64,000 nt of DNA. Origin: an uncultured Muribaculaceae bacterium (lineage in GTDB: Bacteria > Bacillota_I > Bacilli_A > RF39 > UBA660). Under the pieces are notes generated by a model. That model did no database searches, had not been told where the DNA came from, and worked only from the letters and a program-made list of their open reading frames with translations. The position numbers and the translations under genes are program-made. The stretch is taken from assembly GCA_964369155.1 (NCBI GenBank), contig CAYJEI010000001.1, positions 607-64,606 of the forward strand. The letters run 5' to 3'. Positions 36,721 to 48,174 of this stretch are shown here, piece after piece. Within the stretch, counting starts at the first letter, position 1, and every line of letters starts with the position of its first letter.

Positions 36721-39243
36721 ATGATAGAAACTAAATATAACCATAACATGGTTGAAAATGGAAAGTACGATAAATGGCTTTCAAGAAAATATTTTGAGGC
36801 AGATAAAAAAGATAAAGAACCATTTGCGATAGTGATTCCACCACCAAATGTAACAGGAAGATTACATTTAGGACATGCTTGGGATACAGCTATTCAAGAT
36901 ATTTTAATTCGTTATAAAAGAATGAAAGGTTTTGACGCAATGTGGCTTGCTGGTATGGATCATGCTGGTATTGCAACGCAAGCTAAAGTTGATGCAAAAT
37001 TAAAAGCGGAAGGAATAAATCCTCGTGATATGAATAGAGAAGATTGGCTAAATAAAGCTTGGCAGTGGAAAGAAGAATATTCAGGTAATATTCGCTCTCA
37101 GTGGGCTAAACTTGGATTATCTCTATGTTACTCTAAAGAAAAATTTACGCTTGATAAGGATTTAAATGAAGCTGTAAACGAAGTATTTGTAAAACTTTAT
37201 AATGAAGGTTTGATTTATAGAGGAGAGCGAATTATTAACTGGGATCCAGTTGCTATGACTGCTTTATCAAACGAAGAAGTAATATATAAAGATATTAAAG
37301 GCGCATTTTATCATTTAAAATATATGATTGATGGAACTAATGAATTTTTAGAAGTAGCTACGACAAGACCAGAAACTTTATTTGGTGATACTGCTGTTGC
37401 GGTTAATCCAAAAGATGATAGATATAAAAATTTAATAGGTAAATACGTTATACTTCCTGTAAGTGGGAAAAAAATACCTGTTATAGGTGATTCTTATGCT
37501 GACCCAGAATTTGGTACTGGTGTTGTTAAAATAACTCCAGCGCATGACCCAAATGACTTTGAGGTAGGTAATAGACATAACCTAAAGAGAGTTGTTTGTA
37601 TTAATGCAAATGGAACAATGAATGAAAATGCTTTAGAATTTGCAGGTCTTGATAGATTTACAGCTAGGAAAAAATTAATTGAAAAACTAAAAGAAGTTGA
37701 TTTATTAATTAAAGTAGAAGAAATGACACATAGTGTTGGTCACTCAGAGAGAACTGATGCAGTAGTAGAGCCTTACTTATCTAAACAATGGTTTGTTAAA
37801 ATGAGACCGCTAGCAGATAAAGTTTTAGAAAATCAAAAAAATAAAGATTCTAAAGTAAATTTTGTTCCAGAAAGATATGAAAAAATAATGAATCACTGGA
37901 TGGAAATTACTTATGACTGGTGTATCTCAAGACAGTTATGGTGGGGTCACAGAATTCCAGCATGGTATAATGGACAGGAAGTATATGTTGGAACAAGTAA
38001 ACCTGAAGGTGATGGCTGGATTCAAGATAATGATGTATTAGATACATGGTTTTCAAGTGCACTTTGGCCATTTTCAACACTAGGGTGGCTTGAAAATAAA
38101 GAAGACTATCAAAGATATTATCCAAATGATGTTTTAGTAACTGGTTATGATATTATTCCATTTTGGGTTAATAGAATGACATTTCAGGGACTTCATTTTA
38201 CTAATACTAGACCTTTTAAAGATTGTATTATTCACGGATTAATACGCGATAAAGAAGGTAGAAAAATGAGTAAAAGTTTAGGTAATGGTGTTGATCCAAT
38301 GGATGTTATAGAAGAGTATGGGGCAGATGCACTTAGGTTTTTCTTAACAACATCATCTGCTCCTGGACTAGATCTTAGATATGATGAAGAAAAAGTGGCA
38401 TCTGCGTGGAATTTTTTCAATAAATTATGGAATGCATCTAGATATGTAATGATGAATACAGAAGATGTAAAAGAAATTAAGTTAGACAATCTTGATACTA
38501 AAGATAAATGGATACTATCAAAATTGTCAAAAACAATTAATGAAGTTACAAAATCAATTGAAAAGTATGAATTTAATAATGCTGGAACATTGCTTTATAA
38601 TTTTACATGGACATATTTTTGTGATAATTATATAGAAATGAGTAAATTTAGTTTAGAAAAAGAAAGTACTAAAAGTACACTTCTATATGTCTTAACAAAT
38701 ATAGTTAAAATGCTTCATCCTTTTGCACCATTTATTACCGAAGAAATATACGAAAATTTACCTGTTAAATTTCATGAATCAATTATGATAAGTGATTTTC
38801 CAGAATATAGTAAGCAACTAGAATTTTCTAAAGAAGAAAATATAATTGATGAAGAAATAGAATTTATAAAAAGTTTTAGAAATATAAAACTAGAAAATAA
38901 GATGACAAAAGATATCAAAATTTTAATTAATAAAGAAAATGATTATACGTTAATTAATAAATTATTAAAACTTGAAGATAACTTAGTTAATGAAAAACTT
39001 TCCATTAAATCTTTTGAAGTTTTTACTAAAAACTATGGAATGACTATTTTCTTTGAAAAAGAGGAAACAGAAGAAGATAAAGAATTAAAACAAAAACAAA
39101 TTGAAAGTTTGAAAAATTCAATAAAAAGAAGAGAAGGATTACTTGCTAATCAAAATTATGTAAGTAAAGCACCTGAAAATTTAGTTTTAAAAGAAAAAGA
39201 ATCACTAGAGAAAGAAAAAGAAGAACTTAAAAACTTACTTTAA
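36721..39243 (+). CDS. valS: Valine--tRNA ligase
   Basis: HLGH and KMSKS motifs, 840 aa with C-terminal coiled coil. Confidence 0.95.
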   Translation: MIETKYNHNMVENGKYDKWLSRKYFEADKKDKEPFAIVIPPPNVTGRLHLGHAWDTAIQDILIRYKRMKGFDAMWLAGMDHAGIATQAKVDAKLKAEGINPRDMNREDWLNKAWQWKEEYSGNIRSQWAKLGLSLCYSKEKFTLDKDLNEAVNEVFVKLYNEGLIYRGERIINWDPVAMTALSNEEVIYKDIKGAFYHLKYMIDGTNEFLEVATTRPETLFGDTAVAVNPKDDRYKNLIGKYVILPVSGKKIPVIGDSYADPEFGTGVVKITPAHDPNDFEVGNRHNLKRVVCINANGTMNENALEFAGLDRFTARKKLIEKLKEVDLLIKVEEMTHSVGHSERTDAVVEPYLSKQWFVKMRPLADKVLENQKNKDSKVNFVPERYEKIMNHWMEITYDWCISRQLWWGHRIPAWYNGQEVYVGTSKPEGDGWIQDNDVLDTWFSSALWPFSTLGWLENKEDYQRYYPNDVLVTGYDIIPFWVNRMTFQGLHFTNTRPFKDCIIHGLIRDKEGRKMSKSLGNGVDPMDVIEEYGADALRFFLTTSSAPGLDLRYDEEKVASAWNFFNKLWNASRYVMMNTEDVKEIKLDNLDTKDKWILSKLSKTINEVTKSIEKYEFNNAGTLLYNFTWTYFCDNYIEMSKFSLEKESTKSTLLYVLTNIVKMLHPFAPFITEEIYENLPVKFHESIMISDFPEYSKQLEFSKEENIIDEEIEFIKSFRNIKLENKMTKDIKILINKENDYTLINKLLKLEDNLVNEKLSIKSFEVFTKNYGMTIFFEKEETEEDKELKQKQIESLKNSIKRREGLLANQNYVSKAPENLVLKEKESLEKEKEELKNLL

Positions 39244-39246
39244 GAT

Positions 39247-39280
39247 AAAGAACATGTAAAATATGTTCTTTTTTTTCATA
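39247..39280 (+). terminator. Rho-independent terminator
   Basis: AAAGAACAT-gtaaaat-ATGTTCTTT + T8. Confidence 0.75.
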
Positions 39281-39289
39281 TACTTTAAC

Positions 39290-39550
39290 ATGAAAATAGT
39301 AAATAATATAAAAAATTTTCTTTATGATAAAAATTATTTTATAACAATTTATGATAATTACATTCATCTATTTAATTATGAAAAGATAATTAAATTTAGT
39401 AAAGATGAATTAATATTTATTTTTTCTGAATTTAAATTAACATTGAAAGGAGAAAATCTTTTAATAAGACAAATGCTTAAAAATGAAGTTCTAATTATAG
39501 GCAAAATTAAAAGCTTTAATATTATTTATGGAAAAGAAAATATGGATTAA
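39290..39550 (+). CDS. yqfC: Sporulation protein YqfC-like
   Basis: About 87 aa; ENLLIRQ...IIGKI pattern like B. subtilis YqfC; precedes the yqfD-like gene. Confidence 0.55.
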   Translation: MKIVNNIKNFLYDKNYFITIYDNYIHLFNYEKIIKFSKDELIFIFSEFKLTLKGENLLIRQMLKNEVLIIGKIKSFNIIYGKENMD

Positions 39551-40637
39551 AGTTAATAGTGATAAGTATTACAAAATATTAAAAAAATTAAACGATTTAG
39601 AAATAGAAATTTTTGATATAAAAAAAATAGAAGAAGAAATATATTTTAAAATATATACAGAAAATTTTGAGAAAATAAAAAAATTTTTATATACATATGA
39701 ATTTAAGTATCATAGCTTAAGTGGTATTTACAGTATAAAAGAAAAAGTTATAAATAATAAACTAACTTTATTCTTTTCTCTTTTTAGTGCATTATTACTC
39801 CTTGTTTTCAATAATATAATAGTAGATGTGGAAATTATGCATGAAAGCAGTGAGTTGATTAATATTTTAGAATCAGAGCTTACAAGTTATGATATAAAAG
39901 TTTTATCGTTTAAAAAAGACTATGAAGAATTAACTAAGATAAAAAATAATATATTAAATGACTATAAGGACAAAATTGATTGGCTCGAAATTGAAATAGT
40001 AGGTATGAAATATATCATTAAAGTTGAAGAACGTATAATAAATATAGAAGAAACTAGTGAAGAATATTGTAATGTATATGCAACATCAAATGCTAAAATA
40101 ACAGAGATAAGTGTAGAAACCGGAATACTAATGGTAAGTTTAGGGGATTTTGTTAAAGAGGGAGATTTACTAATTTCAGGAGATATAATATATAATGATA
40201 AATTAATGGGACAAGTTTGCGCTCAAGGTATTATAAAAGGCGAAAAATGGTATGAAACTAGTATTACAGTGCCTCTAAATTATTTCGAAGATGAAAAAAC
40301 GGGTTTAAAAAGATATAATTTCATTTATGAACATGAACAAGATAAAATTAGAATATTAAATTCAAGAATTGAAAATTTTGAAAGCGAAGAAACAATTTTA
40401 TTCGATATATTAGGATTTAAACTGTATTTAGAAACTCAATATGAAGTAAAAAGAAATTACTTTAAATATAGTGAAACAGAAGCAATAAATAAGGCATTAA
40501 CACTTGCAGAAGATAGTATGCTTTTAAAACTTTCAGAAAATGAACAAATTTTACAAAAAAAAGTTTTGAAAAAAACACAAAATAATAGTACAATAGAAGT
40601 AGATATATTTATGGTAACAGAAGAGGTTGTCAATTAG
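39528..40637 (+). CDS. yqfD: Sporulation protein YqfD-like
   Basis: 369 aa, single TM about residue 90, position upstream of ybeY-dgkA-era-recO as in Bacillus. Confidence 0.55.
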   Translation: MEKKIWIKVNSDKYYKILKKLNDLEIEIFDIKKIEEEIYFKIYTENFEKIKKFLYTYEFKYHSLSGIYSIKEKVINNKLTLFFSLFSALLLLVFNNIIVDVEIMHESSELINILESELTSYDIKVLSFKKDYEELTKIKNNILNDYKDKIDWLEIEIVGMKYIIKVEERIINIEETSEEYCNVYATSNAKITEISVETGILMVSLGDFVKEGDLLISGDIIYNDKLMGQVCAQGIIKGEKWYETSITVPLNYFEDEKTGLKRYNFIYEHEQDKIRILNSRIENFESEETILFDILGFKLYLETQYEVKRNYFKYSETEAINKALTLAEDSMLLKLSENEQILQKKVLKKTQNNSTIEVDIFMVTEEVVN

Positions 40638-40652
40638 GAAAGAGGTTGTAGT

Positions 40653-41273
40653 GTGTTTGTGTCACTTATCGAGGAGACTGTTCGCAGTAGTTTTCCAATT
40701 CTTATAATGGTATTAGTAACAGCCATTTTATTTAGATGTTTATATTATAAAAATAATAGACATAAAGTTTATTTACATAAGGAGTTAATGCATCTTATAT
40801 TTATAACGTATATTTTACTTTTATTTATGTTACTTAGTAAATCAGATATGAATAGTTTGAATGGGTTTAATTTAGTGCCTTTTAAAGAAATAATGAGATA
40901 CGAATTTATGTCAAATTCATTTATATATAATGTTTTAGGAAATATTATCATATTTATGCCTTTTGGTTATTTTGTTGGGTATTATATTCATTCAAGAAAG
41001 GGTGCAACTAATTTTATTGCAGCACTAGGAATAAGTGTAACTGTAGAATTTATTCAATATTTTATTGGAAGAACATTTGATATAGATGATATAATTTTAA
41101 ATGTGGTGGGAGCTTTTATAGGCTTTACTATTTATAAAATTTTATATAGTGTTAAAAGAAGTTTACCTAACTTTATGCAAAAAGATGGACTTTATAATGT
41201 AATATGTATTATACTAGTGATAGTTATAGTGTTATATTTTATGCGCGTTATGGAGGTAATTAGTTTTTTATGA
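40653..41273 (+). CDS. VanZ-like membrane protein
   Basis: 4-5 TM, 206 aa. Confidence 0.5.
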   Translation: MFVSLIEETVRSSFPILIMVLVTAILFRCLYYKNNRHKVYLHKELMHLIFITYILLLFMLLSKSDMNSLNGFNLVPFKEIMRYEFMSNSFIYNVLGNIIIFMPFGYFVGYYIHSRKGATNFIAALGISVTVEFIQYFIGRTFDIDDIILNVVGAFIGFTIYKILYSVKRSLPNFMQKDGLYNVICIILVIVIVLYFMRVMEVISFL

Positions 41274-41713
41274 ACAACTATGATATAATTGATGAGTACG
41301 GATATGATTATCCTGAAGTACTAGAGAAAGTTATAAATAAAGCTTTAGAAGTAGAAAATGTAAGTAATGCAGTTTTTTCAGTAATATTTGTTAATGAAGA
41401 TAAAATACAAGAAATTAATAAAAAGTACAGAAAAAAAGATAATGTTACTGATGTTATATCTTTTGCATTTGAAGATGATGGATATGTAAATGATATAAGT
41501 ATTAGAATGCTTGGAGATATATTTATATGTATTCCAAAAATGAAATCTCAAGCAGTAGATTATGGACATAGTGAAATAAGAGAAATCTCTTTTTTAACAG
41601 TTCATGGAATTTTACATTTACTAGGATATGACCACATAAATGAAGAAGATGAAAAAATAATGGTAGCAAAACAGGAGTTGGTATTAAATGAGTTCGTTGA
41701 AACAAAAAGGTAA
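41270..41713 (+). CDS. ybeY: rRNA maturation endoribonuclease YbeY
   Basis: HGILHLLGYDH metal-binding motif. Confidence 0.9.
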   Translation: MNNYDIIDEYGYDYPEVLEKVINKALEVENVSNAVFSVIFVNEDKIQEINKKYRKKDNVTDVISFAFEDDGYVNDISIRMLGDIFICIPKMKSQAVDYGHSEIREISFLTVHGILHLLGYDHINEEDEKIMVAKQELVLNEFVETKR

Positions 41714-42092
41714 AGAAGAAAATAAAAAATTTACAATAAAAAGAATTTTTAATAGTATGAGGTATTCGATTCAAGGGTTAGTATATGCATACACTAATGA
41801 GCAAAGCTTAATTATGCATGGATTAGGAACATTATTAGCCATAATTGTAGGATTAATTCTAGATATCGGTTTTATTCAGTGGGTTATAATTTTATTATCA
41901 TCAGCCGTTCTTCTAAGTATTGAACTTCTAAATACTGCTATAGAAGCAACAGTTGATATGTTTACTAAAGAATATAATGAATATGCAAAAATAGCTAAAG
42001 ACTGCGGTTCAGCAGCAGCATTTGTAACAGGAGTAGCTTTCGCCTTTATTTGTGGTTTTATATTTTTAAATGAAATAATTGGTATCTTGTAG
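41688..42092 (+). CDS. dgkA: Diacylglycerol/undecaprenol kinase DgkA
   Basis: 134 aa, 3 TM, ELLNTAIE motif. Confidence 0.8.
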   Translation: MSSLKQKGKEENKKFTIKRIFNSMRYSIQGLVYAYTNEQSLIMHGLGTLLAIIVGLILDIGFIQWVIILLSSAVLLSIELLNTAIEATVDMFTKEYNEYAKIAKDCGSAAAFVTGVAFAFICGFIFLNEIIGIL

Positions 42093-42104
42093 AAAGGGGT
42101 ATAT

Positions 42105-42992
42105 ATGAAAAGTGGATTTGTAAGTTTAATAGGGAGGCCAAACACTGGTAAAAGTACTCTTCTTAATACAATAATTACTGAAAAAGTAGCGATAACATCT
42201 GATAAGGCTGGAACAACAAGAAATATAATTCAAGGTATATACAATGAAGAAGGTTATCAAATGGTTTTTGTTGATACTCCGGGTATAGGTAAACCAATTA
42301 GTAGACTAGGAAGAGCATTAAATAAAGAAGCAATTTCACTAACTAAAGATGTAGATGTAATACTTTTTGTAGTGGATATAGCAGCAGGTTTTGGAAAAGG
42401 TGATAAGTTCATTTTGGAAATGCTTAAAAATGAAGATATTCCAGTTATTTTAGTTTTAAATAAAATAGATAGAGTACAAAATAAAGAAGAACTACTTGAT
42501 AAAATTAATGAAGTAAAAGATTATTATTCATTTTCAGAAATAGTACCACTATCAGCTATGAAAAATGATAATGTTGATAGACTTATAGACGTTATAAAAA
42601 AATATTTAACAGACGATGTAAAATATTTTGACGACGATGAATTTACAAGTTCATCTTCTAATTTTATGTCAAGTGAAATAGTTAGAGAAAAAATACTTAA
42701 TTCTACTGAAGAAGAAGTACCACATGGAATAACTTGTTATACAACTAAATTTGAAAATAAAAAAGATATTATAAATATTTTTGTGGATATTATTGTAGAT
42801 CGTGATAGTATAAAAAAGATAATTATAGGAAAACAAGGAAACAAACTAAAAAATATTGGTATAGAAGCAAGAAAAGATTTAGAAAAGTTATTTGGTAAAA
42901 AAGTATATTTAGAAACTTATGTTAAAGTTGTTGAAAATTGGAAAGACAAAGAAAAGTATTTATCTGAGCTTGGTTTTATAAATTATGAATAA
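42105..42992 (+). CDS. era: GTPase Era
   Basis: GRPNTGKST G1, DTPG G3, C-terminal KH domain. Confidence 0.9.
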   Translation: MKSGFVSLIGRPNTGKSTLLNTIITEKVAITSDKAGTTRNIIQGIYNEEGYQMVFVDTPGIGKPISRLGRALNKEAISLTKDVDVILFVVDIAAGFGKGDKFILEMLKNEDIPVILVLNKIDRVQNKEELLDKINEVKDYYSFSEIVPLSAMKNDNVDRLIDVIKKYLTDDVKYFDDDEFTSSSSNFMSSEIVREKILNSTEEEVPHGITCYTTKFENKKDIINIFVDIIVDRDSIKKIIIGKQGNKLKNIGIEARKDLEKLFGKKVYLETYVKVVENWKDKEKYLSELGFINYE

Positions 42993-43127
42993 AATTTAAA
43001 ATTATTTATCACTATATATTTAGGACGGTGATAAATATGGATAGTAAGAAAGCTTGGGATAAATTTACAAGAACTGGAAAAGTATCCGACTATTTAGTAT
43101 ATAAAAAGCTAGCTAAGAAGAGGTAAT

Positions 43128-43859
43128 ATGATAGATGTAGTAGAGGGTTTTATAGTAAGTGAAACAAGTTATGGCGAAACATCTAAAGTTATAAATGTTT
43201 TTACAAAAAAATATGGACTTATAGGTATGATGGCAAAAGGTGCAAAGCAAATAAAAAGTACACTTAGAAGTGGAACACTTAAACTTACATATGCAAACTT
43301 TCATATTAAATATAGTGATAAAAAACTTTCAACTCTAACTTCAGTAGATATTATAAATCCTTTAAAAAACATAAAAAGTGATTTAGTTCTTATTAGTTAT
43401 CTATCATATATAACGGATCTTACTTATCAAGTTTTAAAAGAATCAAATAATTTAAAAATATATGATTATTTTATAGAAATTATCCATAAAATGGAAGAAG
43501 GATTAAGTTCTTCGATACTAACAAATATTTTAGAAATAAAATACTTAGATTTTCTAGGTGTTGGTATTAATTTAAATGAATGTGCAATGTGTGGCAATAA
43601 AGACAAAATAGTTACAGTAGACGCTTCTTATGGAGGTCTAATATGTAAAAATTGTTATTCAAATAGTAAAATAGTAGATATAAAAGTTATTAAGCTTTTA
43701 AGAATGTATTATTTAGTAGATATAAAAAGTATAACTAATATTAAAATAGATGAAAGTATAAAAGAAGAAATAAACATGTTTTTGAAAAATTATTATGACC
43801 AGTACACTGGTATGTATTTAAAAAGTAAAGAATTTTTAGAAAAAATATTAAAACAGTAA
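43128..43859 (+). CDS. recO: DNA repair protein RecO
   Basis: OB-fold N-term, CxxC...CxxC zinc motif. Confidence 0.85.
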   Translation: MIDVVEGFIVSETSYGETSKVINVFTKKYGLIGMMAKGAKQIKSTLRSGTLKLTYANFHIKYSDKKLSTLTSVDIINPLKNIKSDLVLISYLSYITDLTYQVLKESNNLKIYDYFIEIIHKMEEGLSSSILTNILEIKYLDFLGVGINLNECAMCGNKDKIVTVDASYGGLICKNCYSNSKIVDIKVIKLLRMYYLVDIKSITNIKIDESIKEEINMFLKNYYDQYTGMYLKSKEFLEKILKQ

Positions 43860-43885
43860 AAAAAAGTACTGTTTTTTTATTGAGA
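43850..43885 (+). terminator. Terminator-like hairpin after recO
   Basis: ACAGTA-a9-TACTGT + T7. Confidence 0.45.
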
Positions 43886-43932
43886 GTTATTAAATTTTAT
43901 GGTATTATTTTATTGTAGGAGATAAGAGTTTT

Positions 43933-46101
43933 ATGATAAAGAAAAATAAAGGGAAAATATTAATGGTTTTAGGAGTATTACTTGTTCTAACTTTTGGTAT
44001 AACATATGCATTTTTTGCAGGAGGAAGAGGTCCATCAGCAAGTAGTGATATAGAAACAGGAACAGGAATTACTACTAAATTATTATTTACAGAAGGTACA
44101 CCTATAAACTTAGAATTAAATGAAGATACTCTTTTAGTAGGTGGAAGTGATGTAAGTGGAACTACTACATCAAGCGCAACACTTACACTTGGAACAAATG
44201 TAACAAGTGCAACAGAGTATTATCAAGTTTATTTAAATGTAGAATCAAATAATTTTATTTATACAACAGCAACAAAAACACCAGAGATACTACTTTCAGT
44301 AACAGATCCTGAAGGAAATGCTAAAAGTATAGAAGGTCTTCCAGAAGTATCTGCTGGAGTATATGACATAACAGATTATAAAGGTCTTATAAAAATAGTA
44401 GAAGATTACGAAATCACAGGAAGCACTACAACCGTGCATGACTGGGAAGCAACAATAACATTTGTAAATTTAGATTCAAATCAATCTGCAAATGAAGGAA
44501 AAAATCTTGATGCAACTCTTATATTACAACAACCAAAAATGATGATACCAGATATAGGAATAGTAACTCCAGAAGGATGCACAGACTGTGGTCCAGGTGA
44601 AACAGTAGTAACTCCATCTACAGGAGATGTAGGGGAAAATGGTTCTACATATGATATATATACAGTAGGCTATGTAACTAATACATCAGCAACTGGAGTA
44701 ACATACTCTATAGATATAAAAATACCAGGAATGGATTACTCTAAGCAAACTTTAGAACTAGTAAATACAGCAGAAGTAATGGAACTTTTATTTGATTATG
44801 AAGAGTATATAGATTTTAAAGGTTCAGGAGTAATATCTAGTGGAAATACTGATGCAAGTGCAGTAGCAACAGCAAACGATCTTCATACATCATCAATGAA
44901 AGAAAGTAACTTAACTATAAATAGTGTAAAAGTAACATGTGGATCAGATAAATGTACAGCAGTAATAACTGAAACATTTAGTAACTTATCAGGGTTAACA
45001 GCACACTCTACAACAACAAATAGTGGAACCGCAATAAACGCCATATATAATGGAATAATGTTTAATGTAATGATAAGTGAAAAAACTGACCCATGTATAA
45101 ATCCAACAACATCAAAAGATTTAATTTTATGCCACAATGGGGGGCAAGAAGCAATAGAGGCAAAAGCCGAGCCTAATTTTACACGTGTTGCAGATACAAA
45201 CGAAGGAATGTTTGCAACAACAGATACATATGGAACAGCGTACTACTTCAGAGGAGCAGTAGATAATAATTGGTTATATTATAATGGAATATACTGGAGA
45301 ATAGTAAATATAGCAGGAGATGAATCGCTTAAACTACTTTATAGTGGTACTACGGCGCCGACAAGTTCAACAGCAACTGTTATGACTGGAAGTGGAACAC
45401 AGATAGGAGATAACACATTTAATACAACAACAACAGATAATGCATATGTAGGGTACATGTATACTTTAAATCAAAGGCAAGGACTAGGAACATCAAGTAC
45501 AATAAAAGGAACTTTAGAAAACTGGTATACAACATATATGAATGGAGTTGACTCACAAATAGTAGATAATATATTTTGTTATGATAGGAGTTTAGCTACA
45601 GCTGGATATCAAAGTTCTCATTTTGGTTCAGCAAATGGAAGTTATACAGGAACAGGACTAGGAACAAGTGCTACATTATATGGAACAGCAGCAAGAATAA
45701 CCGCATCAAGTAGTAGTAAGGCAGCAGGTGGAACAGGACCAGACTTAATGTGTCCTAGCAAAGAAGATGCATATACAGTAGATGATACAACAAATGGTAA
45801 TGGAGCTCTTTCTAAAAAAGTAGGGTTACTCACTGCCGATGAGGCAGTAATGGCAGGCCTTGCGTTTGAGGAAAACGCCAGTAGTAACTATTTGAACACA
45901 GATAGTTACTACTGGTTGGGCTCTCCTTTTGGGTACGCTTCTCCTTTTATTAGTGCTTATATGTGGTATGTGTATTCTTCTGGTATTCTGAACAACAATT
46001 ATGTCAATAATACTCTTGGTGTCCGCCCTGTAGTTTATCTTTCATCTAATAATAAAATAACTGGAACAGGAACTTGGGATGATTATTATGTAGTACAATA
46101 A
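43933..46101 (+). CDS. Secreted mosaic protein, paralog 4 (long form)
   Basis: Signal ending FGITYAF; 456-bp tract 44572-45027 identical to paralog 3; AT-rich variant C-terminal end (..GTGTWDDYYVVQ). Confidence 0.8.
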   Translation: MIKKNKGKILMVLGVLLVLTFGITYAFFAGGRGPSASSDIETGTGITTKLLFTEGTPINLELNEDTLLVGGSDVSGTTTSSATLTLGTNVTSATEYYQVYLNVESNNFIYTTATKTPEILLSVTDPEGNAKSIEGLPEVSAGVYDITDYKGLIKIVEDYEITGSTTTVHDWEATITFVNLDSNQSANEGKNLDATLILQQPKMMIPDIGIVTPEGCTDCGPGETVVTPSTGDVGENGSTYDIYTVGYVTNTSATGVTYSIDIKIPGMDYSKQTLELVNTAEVMELLFDYEEYIDFKGSGVISSGNTDASAVATANDLHTSSMKESNLTINSVKVTCGSDKCTAVITETFSNLSGLTAHSTTTNSGTAINAIYNGIMFNVMISEKTDPCINPTTSKDLILCHNGGQEAIEAKAEPNFTRVADTNEGMFATTDTYGTAYYFRGAVDNNWLYYNGIYWRIVNIAGDESLKLLYSGTTAPTSSTATVMTGSGTQIGDNTFNTTTTDNAYVGYMYTLNQRQGLGTSSTIKGTLENWYTTYMNGVDSQIVDNIFCYDRSLATAGYQSSHFGSANGSYTGTGLGTSATLYGTAARITASSSSKAAGGTGPDLMCPSKEDAYTVDDTTNGNGALSKKVGLLTADEAVMAGLAFEENASSNYLNTDSYYWLGSPFGYASPFISAYMWYVYSSGILNNNYVNNTLGVRPVVYLSSNNKITGTGTWDDYYVVQ

Positions 46102-46192
46102 AATAATTAAATAAAATTCATAGATTATTAATTTATGGATTTTTTAATTGAAAAAAATGTCATATTTTGTTATTATTATAATAGGTGATAAA

Positions 46193-46834
46193 GTGGCAAG
46201 TTTGATTTTTAAATATAGTGCAATGAATGCAGGTAAAACTATTAGTATTTTGCAAACAGCTCATAGTTATGATGAAAAAAATTTGAAATACATTATTATG
46301 AAATCTGTTAAAGATACTAAGGGAGATGATACAATTGTATCAAGAGTAGGTGGAGAAAATAAAAAGGTAGACATCTTACTAGGAGAAAATGAATCTTTAC
46401 TTACTGAAAAAAATTATAAAAAGTATTATACAGCAAGGGTTATACTTGTTGATGAAGTAGAGCTTTTAAATGAAAAACAAATTGAAGAACTATGGACAAT
46501 AGCTCATTTAATAAAAATACCAGTAATTACATATGGACTTAAAAGTAATTTTTCTGGAGAAATATTTTCAGCAGGAATCGCCAAACTTGTAGCATTTGCT
46601 GATGAACTTGAAGAAATTGGTTCGACTAGTTTGTGTATTTGTGGTGCTAAAGCTACATTTAATGCAAGAAAGCATAATGATAAATATACTGATAAGGGAG
46701 AAATAGTCGTAATAGATGGCTCTGATGAAGAAGTCGAGTACATTCCATTATGTGGAGATTGTTATTTAAAACATGTTAAATTAAAATCAGCATGTGTTAA
46801 AAAGTTATCAGATTTAGTTGAAAAAATAAGTTAG
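46193..46834 (+). CDS. tdk: Thymidine kinase
   Basis: P-loop MNAGKT, C-terminal CICGAKA...CGDCY zinc ribbon; GTG start after TATAAT/AGGTGA. Confidence 0.8.
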   Translation: MASLIFKYSAMNAGKTISILQTAHSYDEKNLKYIIMKSVKDTKGDDTIVSRVGGENKKVDILLGENESLLTEKNYKKYYTARVILVDEVELLNEKQIEELWTIAHLIKIPVITYGLKSNFSGEIFSAGIAKLVAFADELEEIGSTSLCICGAKATFNARKHNDKYTDKGEIVVIDGSDEEVEYIPLCGDCYLKHVKLKSACVKKLSDLVEKIS

Positions 46835-46852
46835 TTAAAAGGAGTAATTTAC

Positions 46853-48166
46853 ATGGCAAAAGAAAAAATTAAAATGGGTAAAAAAGAAAAGATATTTAAT
46901 GTTATAAGTTTTTTAATTATAGGAGTACTTGCTATTTACTATGGTGGACGTGCAGTATACTGGTTTATATATGAACTTAGTGAAGCTCAAAATAGAGATA
47001 ATACTGCTGCACATTATGTAATAAATGATAATGAAATAGTAGATGAAGGTGACGGATTATACAGAGCTAAAGATACTTATTATTTTGCTGGAAATCCTGA
47101 AAATAATTACGTGACATTAGGTGGTGCGACGTATCGCATACTTAGCATAAATGAAAACAACGAAATGAAATTAGTTCTTAATGATGTTGCAGCAAGTTTT
47201 ATGTGGGGAGAAGAAAATAGTTATTCATCTTCAAATGTAGATGTTTGGCTAGGAGATAGTGGTGTATACTATGATACATTAATAGAAGCAGAAAAATATT
47301 TATCAAAAACTAAATTTACTGAAGATGTTTTAAGTGATGGAAGTTTAGAAGTTGGAGACAAATTATTTGAAGAGTATGTTACAACACTTACGGTATCTGA
47401 TTATGAAACTGCAGGTGGAAGCGATAGCTTTTTAAATAATGAAAAATATTTCTGGTTAATTGGGAAATCAAATGAAAATAATTTATATGTAAACTCCAGT
47501 GGAGTAATAAGTGAATACACAACTAGCGAATCATATGGCGTTAAACCAGTTATAACTTTAAAAGGTGATGTTATAAGATTAAGAGGAGAAGGAACTTTAA
47601 GTAATCCTATATATATTGATACAAAAGATGATATGACATATATAAATTCTTATGTAACGTTAGGTACTGATACATACAAAGTTTTTGAAGAAAATGAAGA
47701 TATACTTAAACTTGTTAAAACAGATAGTATAGCTGGTGTTCTAAAACCATATGGAACACTTAATACTAATTTTGATTTAAGTGATGCAACTAGTTTAGCG
47801 TATTATTTAAATAATGATTACTTAAATAGTTTAAGTTATGCAACTAGTTTATCAGATTGTACGTTTAATACTGGTGTGATAAGTGAAGAAAAAGGATTTA
47901 ACTATTCAAATATTTTAGAAGAAACTATAGTGGCTAAAGTTGGAATTATGAATATTTTTGATTATAATAATAACGATATAGAAAATTATTTTTACTTAAC
48001 AAATACAGGTCTAGGAAGTGATACAGCTTATGTGAAAAGTGAAAATGGATTATTAAAAAAAGATTTAATAACTTCTGAAAAAGAAATAGTTCCAGTTATT
48101 TGTTTAAATAAAGATAAAATAATAGATGGTGTAGGAGCTAGTTATAGCCCATATACAGTAGAATAG
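46853..48166 (+). CDS. Membrane-anchored protein with two tandem copies of the family C-terminal module (YYFAGNPENNYV...YRIL; YFWLIGKS...GVKPVITL; YFYLTN...IVPVICL)
   Basis: N-terminal TM anchor; motif-level similarity to the paralog C-terminal domain. Confidence 0.65.
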   Translation: MAKEKIKMGKKEKIFNVISFLIIGVLAIYYGGRAVYWFIYELSEAQNRDNTAAHYVINDNEIVDEGDGLYRAKDTYYFAGNPENNYVTLGGATYRILSINENNEMKLVLNDVAASFMWGEENSYSSSNVDVWLGDSGVYYDTLIEAEKYLSKTKFTEDVLSDGSLEVGDKLFEEYVTTLTVSDYETAGGSDSFLNNEKYFWLIGKSNENNLYVNSSGVISEYTTSESYGVKPVITLKGDVIRLRGEGTLSNPIYIDTKDDMTYINSYVTLGTDTYKVFEENEDILKLVKTDSIAGVLKPYGTLNTNFDLSDATSLAYYLNNDYLNSLSYATSLSDCTFNTGVISEEKGFNYSNILEETIVAKVGIMNIFDYNNNDIENYFYLTNTGLGSDTAYVKSENGLLKKDLITSEKEIVPVICLNKDKIIDGVGASYSPYTVE

Positions 48167-48174
48167 GAGTATTT

